The position numbers were made by a program, and so were the translations under genes. Source: Ascoidea asiatica JCM 7603 (lineage: Eukaryota; Fungi; Ascomycota). Taken from it: DNA of 11,736 nucleotides. Under the pieces are notes generated by a model. That model was not told the DNA's origin and did no database searches. It saw nothing but the letters and a program-made list of their open reading frames with translations. This document shows, one piece after another, positions 1 to 7,703 of the stretch. The first letter of the stretch is position 1, and the number at the start of each line of letters is the position of its first letter. Location: assembly GCA_001600695.1 (NCBI GenBank), contig BCKQ01000045.1:6482-18217 (forward strand), given 5' to 3'.

Positions 1-271
1 TGATAAGAATTGCATATTCAAAATAAATCAAATAAACTCTGCTGTAGATAGGTCTAAAAATCTGTAGTTTGTTAATGCTTTCTTTTATTTGCCAGTTTTG
101 TTAGTGTTTTAGTAACTTTTAGTCTAAGATTTGAAGGCTGTACTGGAGCTGTGCCTATTTTTTTTACCATTTAAACAGTAAGCATAAATGATCTACTCCC
201 TAACACATTATCCTTTCACTTCCACACGCCAACAAAGAACAAAGAACAGAATAATTTTTGTTTGTTTATTT

Positions 272-309
272 TCGGTGGCTGGTGTTAAGTGGCTGGCGGT
301 ACGTGGCTG
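272..309 (+). promoter_or_regulatory. Triple GTGGCTG (Crz1/CDRE-like) motif cluster in a small GC patch
   Basis: GTGGCTG at 275-281, 289-295 and 303-309, an exact 14-bp period. GTGGCTG is the core of the yeast calcineurin-dependent response element. Confidence 0.45.
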
Positions 310-342
310 ATGATTCATCTGCATTTTTATAAAAATAAATGA

Positions 343-373
343 GAAGAGAGAGAAAGAGAAAGAGAAAGAGAAA
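343..373 (+). repeat. Purine-rich (GAGAAA)n microsatellite
   Basis: Sequence gaagagagagaaagagaaagagaaagagaaa is directly visible. Confidence 0.85.
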
Positions 374-496
374 GGGGGCAAAGAGAGATATTTTTCAATT
401 ATTATTCAGTGATGATTTAAAGGTTGAAAGACTATGAATTTACAGTTTCATTATCACTTTCAACATTATCTATCGTACCACTGCACTCTCTTCCTC

Positions 497-553
497 AATA
501 CAACACAACACAACACAATACAACACAATACTTCCTCTTCTTCTTCTTCTTCT
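497..553 (+). repeat. (CAACA/CAATA)n pentamer array followed by (CTT)n
   Basis: caatacaacacaacacaacacaatacaacacaata followed by cttcctcttcttcttcttcttct. Confidence 0.85.
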
Positions 554-605
554 TTATCAACTGTAGAAAAGTAGAAATTAATTACAAATTAGTGGAGAGA
601 GATAC

Positions 606-613
606 CACGTGAC
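606..613 (-). promoter_or_regulatory. Cbf1/bHLH E-box site (GTCACGTG) upstream of the AVT gene
   Basis: CACGTGAC at 606-613 reads GTCACGTG on the minus strand, an exact RTCACGTG consensus ~155 bp before the ATG in AT-rich DNA. Confidence 0.45.
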
Positions 614-702
614 CGTATATATCCATTACCTGCTTATCTTTCCTGTTGAAGAGATAAACAAGAAGAAGCAGCATATCAAGCAGTATATGAAGCAGTATAT
701 CA

Positions 703-754
703 ATCATATATCATATATCAATCATATATCATATATCATATATCATATATCATA
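703..754 (+). repeat. (ATCATAT)n heptamer array in the AVT 5' leader
   Basis: atcatatatcatatatcaatcatatatcatatatcatatatcatatatcata ends just upstream of ATG 768. Confidence 0.9.
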
Positions 755-767
755 ACAAACTAATAAA

Positions 768-1641
768 ATGATAGAAAATGAATCTGGTAAAGGTACAATA
801 AATTCAGGAATTATAAATTTATTAAATACAATTATAGGTTCTGGAATTTTATCAATACCATTTACAATAAAACAAAATGGTTTAATATTTGGAATTTTTT
901 TAATAATTTTTTCATCAATAACTTCTTCATTTGGACTTTATTTACAAAATTTATCTACAATTTATTTAATTAAAAATTTTAATTTAAATCAATTTTCATT
1001 TTTTAATTTATCAAATTTAACATATCCAAAAATTTCAATAATTTTTGATATTGCAATTTTTTTAAAATGTATTGGTGTAAGTATAAGTTATTTAATTATT
1101 TTAGGTAATTTAATTCCACAAATTTTTATTTCCATATTTTCTGAAAATAATATTAATAATAATAACTATTATTATTATAATTATTATTGGATATTGGAAA
1201 ATAGAATATTTTGGATAACTATATTTATGATATTTTTAATAATTCCATTATGTTTTTTAAAATCTTTAAATTCATTAAAATATACTTCTTTTTTTTCATT
1301 ATTTTCAATAATTTATATTTTAATAATTATAATTTATCAATTTATAATTTCATTATCAATAAATGATAATATTATAAATTTTAAAAAAAAAAATTTATTA
1401 TTTCCAAAAAATTTAAAATTTACTTTAAATTCATTACCAATAATAATTTTTTCATTCACTTGTCATCAAAATATGTTTTCAATAATTAATGAATTATCTT
1501 ATAATGATAAAATTTTTAAAAAAATTAATAAAATTATTAAAATTTCAATTTTTTTTGCTTTATTATTTTATTTAATTATTGGAATTTTTGGTTATTTAAC
1601 TTTTGGTAATTTAATTAATGATAATATTATAACAATGTATG

Positions 1642-1677
<36 letters not shown>

Positions 1678-2255
1678 TTTTAATTGCAAAAATTCTTATT
1701 ATTTTTCTTGTTGCTTTTTCTTATCCTTTACAATGTCATCCATGTAGAATTTCTTTAAATAATATTATTCATCATTTTTTCTTAAAAAAAAATAAGTTAT
1801 ATAATAAATTACAATCAAAACCTTTATTAAGTAATAATAATATTATTAATGAATTTACAAATTCAATTAATGATTCTTCTTCAACTTCAACTTCCTATTT
1901 AAATTCAATCCCTAATACAATCCCTAATACTAATACAATCCCTAATACTAATACAAATACAATATCAAACAACGAAGTACCATTAGGTAAATTATCATTT
2001 AATTTAATAACTTCATTTATTCTATTATCTTCATATTTAATTTCTATAAGTTTAAATTCATTAGAAAAAATTTTATCTTTTATTGGTGCAACTGGTTCAA
2101 CTTTAATTTCATTCATTTTACCAGGAATTTTTGGTTATAAATTAATTGGTATAAATGAAAATAATAAATTTATTAAAATTTTTTCATTACTTTTAATTCT
2201 TTATGGTATATTAATAATGATATTATGTCTTTCCTCAATTTTTTTATTCCATTAA
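768..2255 (+). CDS. AVT6: Vacuolar amino-acid transporter, Aa_trans/AAAP family, AVT5/AVT6-like
   Basis: 495 aa with about 11 hydrophobic segments. Family motifs: SGIINLLNTIIGSGILSIPF, AIFLKCIGVSISYLIILGNLIPQ, LNSLKYTS, FSFTCHQNMF, GYLTFG, SYPLQCHPCR, IGATGSTLISFILPG. The AVT5 vs AVT6 vs AVT7 assignment is tentative. Confidence 0.9.
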
Positions 2256-2321
2256 CAATCTCCATTAACAATCTATATTATATTCTAATATAACTACAGT
2301 AATAATATAACTACTTGTTTG

Positions 2322-2446
2322 ATTACGTAATTACTTAGGTAAGGCACCCTCGTAACACTTCCGGGTATCACCTGCCCGTCCCGTCACTTGCACTTCCGGC
2401 AATTACCGCTTCCGGCCGTCTCCACGTGCGCCTCCGCTTTTTTTCT
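2322..2446 (+). promoter_or_regulatory. GC-rich promoter island of ERG8
   Basis: Sharp GC island in AT-rich DNA. Contains palindrome ATTACGTAAT (2322-2331), CTTCCGG x3 (2358, 2393, 2409), CCGGGTA (2361-2367), and E-boxes CACCTG (2369), CACTTG (2385) and CACGTG (2423). A poly(T) tract follows, ~220 bp before the ATG. Confidence 0.6.
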
Positions 2447-2480
2447 TAATTAATAAAATTGAAATCAAAATTTAAAAACA

Positions 2481-2648
2481 GAATCTGAATCTGAATCTGA
2501 ATTTGAATCACACACCTGAATTTTATCAACTGATTACTTTTATTCATCTTTTATTTATTTATTTCTTATTTATTTCTTATTTCATTACTTATTTCATTAT
2601 CTCTCTTATATTCAATCAATCAATTAATCAATCATCAATCAATCAATT
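2481..2648 (+). repeat. Short tandem repeats in the ERG8 upstream region: (GAATCT)n, (TTATTTC)n, (TCAA)n
   Basis: gaatctgaatctgaatctgaatttgaatc at 2481-2509; ttatttcttatttatttcttatttc at about 2559-2583; tcaatcaatcaattaatcaatcatcaatcaatcaa at 2612-2646. Confidence 0.8.
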
Positions 2649-2663
2649 AATATATTATATATA

Positions 2664-4511
2664 ATGGATTCTTTTAAAGATTTAACTTTATCTGATAAAG
2701 TAATTAATTCAAATGATATTAATAATGATATTAATAATGATATTAATTCAATCTCACTCTCAAATTCACTTTCTCATTCACTTTCTCATTCACTTTCTAA
2801 TTCTGATAGTGAAAATTCATATGATGAAAATTCATATGATAAAAATTCATATGATGAAAATATTGAAAATAAAAATTTAATTAAAAAAAATTATTCAACT
2901 GAATTAATTAAAAATTCATATTCATGTCCTGGTAAATCTTTATTAGTTGGTGGTTATTTAATTCTTGATCAAAAATATAAAGGTTTATCAATTGCTTTAA
3001 ATTCAAGAATGCATTGTTTATTATTTGCAAAATTTATTAATATTCCAAATTCAAATATTTCTAATGGAATTTCTATAAATCATGATGAATTAATTAAAAA
3101 TGAATTTGGTATATTTAATATAAATTCATTACAATTTAAAAATTTAAATTTAAATTTTAAAATTAATTTAAATCAAGATTTTTATTCATATAAACCAAAA
3201 TCTATAAAAAATAATGAAAATAAATTTATTGAATCAACTATAGAAACAATTTTATCATATATTCAACCTTCAAAATCTTTTATTATTAATTTATTTATTT
3301 TTTCAGATTCTGGTTTTAATTCAATTGAAAATTCAATTAAAAAATTTTCAAAAAATAATAAAAAAAATTTTAATTTTTATAATAATGAAATTAATAAAAT
3401 TTCAAAAACTGGTTTAGGATCTTCTGCAACTTTAACAACAGTAATAATAACTTCATTATTAAATTTTTTTAAAAAAAATTCAAAAAATTCAAATAAATTT
3501 TTTAATCAAATTTCAAATTTACCAACTGAATTTGGTAAAAAAATTATTAATAATCTTTCTCAAATTTCTCATTCTTTAGCTCAAGGTAAAATTGGTTCTG
3601 GTTTTGATATTTCAACTGCAATTTATGGTTCAATATTATATAAAAGATTTAATCCAACAATTATTAATGAATTAATTTTAAGTAAAAAATCATTTTCAAA
3701 AATAAAATTTTTAATTTTTTTTAAAAAAATTATTAATCAATCTTGGGATTATGAAATTGAAAAATTTAATTTACCACCAAAAATTAAAATTTTATTAGCT
3801 GATGTTAAAAATGGTTCTTCAACACCAAAATTAATTAATTTAGTTAATAATTGGAAATTAAAAAATCCAAAAGAATCTGAAAAACTTTTTAATGAATTAA
3901 ATTCATTTAATTTAAAATTTATTAAAGATTTAAAAAATTTAATCTCAATTTCAAATTCAAATCCAATTTTATATAATGAAATTATTTCTTATTTAGATGA
4001 TTATTCTTTAATTCAATTAAAACATTTAATTAGAATGAGAAGAGATATTTTAGAAAAATTAAGACCATTATTTAAAACTATTGAAAGTATTTCTCAAGTT
4101 AAAAATGCTTTATTAAAATTATCAAATTATTCAAATGCAGAAATCTTACCACATTCACAATCTGTTTTAATTGGTAATTGTTTTATATTACCTGGAGTTA
4201 TTGGTGGTATTGTTCCTGGTGCTGGAGGTTATGATGCTTTAGCATTAATTGTTACAGAAAATTCAATACCAAAAATTAAAAAATTAACAAAATGTGATGA
4301 TAATGAAATTATAAATATTAATGATTTAATTACAAATAAATCTCATAAACAAAAACAATTTGAAAATATTGATATTTTAAGTATTGATAAAAAATTATAT
4401 AATGATGTTGAATGGTTAGATTTTCATGAAGAAAATATTGGTATTAAAGTTGAAAATTTAGAAGATTATGAAGGTCTTTATGATCCAAAATTAATTATTA
4501 CAAATGTTTAA
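2664..4511 (+). CDS. ERG8: Phosphomevalonate kinase (GHMP kinase, ERG8 type)
   Basis: 615 aa with hallmark motifs SCPGKSLLVGGYLIL, KTGLGSSA, HSLAQGKIGSGFDISTAIYGS..Y.RF, GSSTPKL and VPGAGGYDA. Confidence 0.96.
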   Translation: MDSFKDLTLSDKVINSNDINNDINNDINSISLSNSLSHSLSHSLSNSDSENSYDENSYDKNSYDENIENKNLIKKNYSTELIKNSYSCPGKSLLVGGYLILDQKYKGLSIALNSRMHCLLFAKFINIPNSNISNGISINHDELIKNEFGIFNINSLQFKNLNLNFKINLNQDFYSYKPKSIKNNENKFIESTIETILSYIQPSKSFIINLFIFSDSGFNSIENSIKKFSKNNKKNFNFYNNEINKISKTGLGSSATLTTVIITSLLNFFKKNSKNSNKFFNQISNLPTEFGKKIINNLSQISHSLAQGKIGSGFDISTAIYGSILYKRFNPTIINELILSKKSFSKIKFLIFFKKIINQSWDYEIEKFNLPPKIKILLADVKNGSSTPKLINLVNNWKLKNPKESEKLFNELNSFNLKFIKDLKNLISISNSNPILYNEIISYLDDYSLIQLKHLIRMRRDILEKLRPLFKTIESISQVKNALLKLSNYSNAEILPHSQSVLIGNCFILPGVIGGIVPGAGGYDALALIVTENSIPKIKKLTKCDDNEIININDLITNKSHKQKQFENIDILSIDKKLYNDVEWLDFHEENIGIKVENLEDYEGLYDPKLIITNV

Positions 4512-4639
4512 TCAAAGAAGATGAAATGAATTTAAAAAATGAGAAAAAATGAGAAAAAAAAGAAAAAATAAAAAAAAATTATTATTAATTAGCTATAATT
4601 TATTTATTTATATTATTATTATTACTTATGTAATTTGTT

Positions 4640-4800
4640 TATGTAAATGTTTATGTTATTATTTATGTTACTATTTACGTTATTTTTATTGTTTTTATTG
4701 TTTTTATTGCTTTTATTGTTTTTGTTGTCAATTTATTGTTTTTATTATTATTTTATTAGTATTTTATTAGTATTTTATTTTTTTATTATGATTTTTATTT
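4640..4800. repeat. T-rich degenerate repeats ((TTTTTATTG)n etc.) between the convergent ERG8 and LPL1 3' ends; probable terminator/3'-UTR region
   Basis: tttttattgtttttattgtttttattgcttttattg, ttatgttatt-type units and (tattttattag)x2. A TATATA-rich stretch (efficiency-element-like) lies at about 4874-4910. Confidence 0.65.
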
Positions 4801-4941
4801 TAAATTATATTTTAAAGTTGAAATAGATTTAAATTTTTTAAGTTTTTATTTATTTCAAATTAATTTCTTTACGTATATACATATTTATATATATATATTT
4901 ATAAATATATTGAAAAAAAGTTTTATTTATTAGCAAATTAA

Positions 4942-6618
4942 CTAAATATCTATTTGAGAATCTATATCATTATCTATGTGAGAATCTATTTGAGTATTTA
5001 TAAATGAAGAATTATAAAAATTATTTATAATTAAATCATATCTTATTAAATTTGATAAAAAATAAACAGTTGAAGTACCAATTGGAATTGAATTTAAACC
5101 TCTTCTTGATACAATACCATCATGAGAATTAAAAGAATTTATAAATACAGGAATTTTAATCCAATTTAAATTATTTAAAAATTGCATCATTTTTATAAGA
5201 TTTGAATTAAAATTTAATTTTTTATTATTTTTAAAAATTTCAAAATTATTTAAATTTTCAATTGAATAATTTAAATTTGAATTTAAATTATTAATAATAT
5301 TTGAATTTTTAAAAAAATTAAAATATTCTTCAAAATTTATTTCAATTTCTTCTTTATTAAAATTTGTATTATTTAATTGAATTTCAATATCTTTATCTTT
5401 ATCTTTATCATTTTCTATGTCTATATCTAACGTAATTTGATTATCATTTGAAGAATAATTAGGATTATAAAATGAATTAAAGATATAATTAAATTTATTA
5501 TTTATAATTTTTTGATTATAATTTAAATCATCAATTAAATGAATTCTAATATAACTTAAGATCATAGCAATTAAAGAAACTATGAAAACAATAGGTAACC
5601 AAAATGGTAAAATTAAATATAAAATAATTAAAAAAATATAATAATTTATATAATTTCTTTTTGAAAATTTATCATAAATTGAATCTTCCTCATCTTCTTC
5701 GTCATTATAATTATTATTATATAAGTTTTGATTAGATAAGATTTTTGAATTATTAAAATTTATAATTTTTGGAGAAATTTTTAAAATTTTTTTTTGATTA
5801 TTATTTTTTATAGAATTTTTTATAATAATTTTTGGTAAATTTTTAAAAATTTTTAAATTTAAATTTTTAAAATTTTTATTATTTATAAATGGATTATTAT
5901 TAAATATAAAAGAAGTATAAAATGGTACAGTTCTATCATTTTTAATATTTGATAATATAATTTTTTTTTTAAATTTTTTTAAACCATTAAAATAAATTAA
6001 TTTTGGATTTGATAAATTATATAAAATTTTTGAATTATTAAAAAGATCTAAACCTGATTTACCTAAGATTATTGGTATAAAGAAATTAAGTATGGGATTA
6101 TTAAAATAAATTCCAAGATGTGGAGTTGCAAAAGTTATAAAATAAATTGGATTAATAAAATTAAAAAAATTTAAATTATTTAAAATTCCAATTATAAATC
6201 TTGAAATTAAACCACCTAAAGAATAACCAATAAAAGAAATTTTTTTAACTATATAACCAATGAACTTATTATTATAATTATTAATGAAAATAATTTTATT
6301 TAAAATTTCAATAATTAAATTATTTGAAATTATTTCAATACCATCATAAGTTTTAAATAAAGAAGAAGAAATTGGAGAAAATGAAATAATTTTATCATTA
6401 TTATTATCATTTTGATTGGAGATTGTATTAAGAGTATGATTTATTGAATATTTTATAGTATTTAAATGTGATGGAGAACCCCAAAGTCCATGAATAAGAA
6501 TAAATAAATGAACATTTTTTTTTTTAAAATGAGGTGAATTTGATGAGTTAAGTGATGTATTAGACATTGAAGTAATTGGAGTATTTGTAGAAATTGAATC
6601 TTTTGATGACGATGACAT
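4942..6618 (-). CDS. LPL1: DUF676 serine hydrolase / lipid-droplet phospholipase, LPL1 (YOR059C)-like
   Basis: 558 aa. Motifs: HLFILIHGLWG (oxyanion), KTYDGIE, GYSLGG (GxSxG nucleophile), FATPHLG, LGKSG, NIKNDRTVPFYTS (Asp), NSHDGIVSRRGL (His). A long hydrophobic hairpin YYIFLIILYLILPFWLPIVFIVSLIAMILSY is present. Confidence 0.88.
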   Translation of the reverse strand: MSSSSKDSISTNTPITSMSNTSLNSSNSPHFKKKNVHLFILIHGLWGSPSHLNTIKYSINHTLNTISNQNDNNNDKIISFSPISSSLFKTYDGIEIISNNLIIEILNKIIFINNYNNKFIGYIVKKISFIGYSLGGLISRFIIGILNNLNFFNFINPIYFITFATPHLGIYFNNPILNFFIPIILGKSGLDLFNNSKILYNLSNPKLIYFNGLKKFKKKIILSNIKNDRTVPFYTSFIFNNNPFINNKNFKNLNLKIFKNLPKIIIKNSIKNNNQKKILKISPKIINFNNSKILSNQNLYNNNYNDEEDEEDSIYDKFSKRNYINYYIFLIILYLILPFWLPIVFIVSLIAMILSYIRIHLIDDLNYNQKIINNKFNYIFNSFYNPNYSSNDNQITLDIDIENDKDKDKDIEIQLNNTNFNKEEIEINFEEYFNFFKNSNIINNLNSNLNYSIENLNNFEIFKNNKKLNFNSNLIKMMQFLNNLNWIKIPVFINSFNSHDGIVSRRGLNSIPIGTSTVYFLSNLIRYDLIINNFYNSSFINTQIDSHIDNDIDSQIDI

Positions 6619-6929
6619 ATTGATATATGATTATATGATTATATGATAATGTGATTATGATATTATCTTATAATATGATATATTTATATACAAAATATTT
6701 ATCTCTTTTTCTATCTCTATTTATATCTCTAAGAAATGAATGAATCAATGAATGAAAGAAGTGATTGAAGATGAGATTGAAGATGAGATTGAAACTGTTA
6801 TTGAAGAAGATAAAGACAATGAAAGAAGTAAAACATTGTTCAATTGCACAAAAAGAGATCCAAGATAATGAAATAAAGATGAATATGAATATAAAGGTAC
6901 TTGTAAAGATTCTTATATTCTTTTTCTTT

Positions 6930-6996
6930 GTTTATTTCTTTATCTCTGTTTATTTGTTTATATTTGTTTATATTTGTTTATATCTGTTTATTTGTT
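6930..6996. repeat. (TTTATATTTG)n-type decamer array
   Basis: tttatttgtttatatttgtttatatttgtttatatctgtttatttgtt is directly visible. Confidence 0.8.
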
Positions 6997-6999
6997 CTT

Positions 7000-7129
7000 G
7001 TGGCTGTTTCTGGGGCTGTTTCTGGGATCCGGGAACGGGTCGGACGAGAGAGACACGGATGCTCGCTCGCATTCCCCCGGATATCATCCCGGATTTAACA
7101 ACAACGTGAAAATCAAGTGGCAAAAAAAA
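7000..7129 (-). promoter_or_regulatory. GC-rich upstream island of the LPL1-like gene
   Basis: GC island 380-510 bp upstream of ATG 6618. Contains GTGGCTG (7000), GGGGCTG (7012), several CGG/CCG triplets, inverted pair ATCCGGGA (7027-7034) / TCCCGGAT (7087-7094), and AGTGGCAAAA (7116-7125). Confidence 0.55.
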
Positions 7130-7406
7130 GAAGGTTGAAATGGAGTGAGTTTATTACTGTACTCTGGAAAGATGATGGAATATATGAAATAATAAATATA
7201 ATCAGTGAAAAGAATTGGGATATTTTATATATAATATAATGTTAAATAAAATTGAAAAGCTGATTGAAAAGTAATATATATATCAACTGAAGTTAAATCA
7301 TAATCAGTTTCAATTGAAATCAAATAATCAAATTCCATACTTTGAAAATAAAAATATTATTTCAAATAATTTAACTTCTAGCAATGATAGTATATCAAAC
7401 AACAAT

Positions 7407-7703
7407 TTAATTAAATTTAAAATCTGAAATATTAATAATACTTGTATATTGAGTAATATTTTCACAAGAACTCAAAAGTCTCATATTTGAATCATAACCA
7501 TTAATGTTATCATAAGCTAATTTGGTTGATGTTTGAATAGCTAATTCTTGATTAATTTCAATTTCAATTCCAATACCAAGTATTATATACCTATCAGCAG
7601 TTGTCCTAGACCCTGAATAAGTTCTAGAACCTTTTTGAAATAATGTACAAGCAACAATAGTAGGAACTAAAAAATTTTTATCTTCAAAATTACAAGAAGA
7701 TGA
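7407..7703 (-). CDS. Frameshifted C-terminal continuation (98 aa) of the RNase III-like gene, completing a second dsRBD-like unit
   Basis: The +1 frame after the A7 run (plus-strand T7 at 7704-7710) reads SSSCNFEDKNFLVPTIVACTLFQKGSRTYSGSRTTADRYIILGIGIEIEINQELAIQTSTKLAYDNINGYDSNMRLLSSCENITQYTSIINISDFKFN*, with TAA at 7407-7409. Codon usage resembles that of the flanking genes. Confidence 0.65.
   Translation of the reverse strand, partial: SSSCNFEDKNFLVPTIVACTLFQKGSRTYSGSRTTADRYIILGIGIEIEINQELAIQTSTKLAYDNINGYDSNMRLLSSCENITQYTSIINISDFKFN

Noticed and set aside
424-612. 62-aa ORF (+)
   Set aside because: TTG start; it runs through CAACA and CTT microsatellites in the AVT promoter and shows no protein features.
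1895-2116. 73-aa ORF (-)
   Set aside because: Antisense shadow of the AVT gene and its PNTI repeats.
4549-4770. 73-aa Cys/Tyr/Phe-rich ORF (+)
   Set aside because: Translation of T-rich 9-bp repeats in the ERG8 3' region; the CFY repeats are compositional artefacts.
768-6618. Absence of in-frame CTG codons as evidence of CUG reassignment
   Set aside because: I saw no in-frame CTG in the three conserved genes, but nearly all G/C-ending codons are rare here, so this is uninformative.
6765-7109. 114-aa ORF (+) with an apparent TM segment
   Set aside because: TTG start; built from 12-mer and 10-mer repeats plus the promoter GC island. A de novo micro-gene cannot be fully excluded without RNA data.
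7000-7110. tRNA or structured ncRNA in the GC islands (also 2340-2440)
   Set aside because: No cloverleaf, no B-box (GTTCRA) and no extended stems; position upstream of ATGs favours promoter elements.
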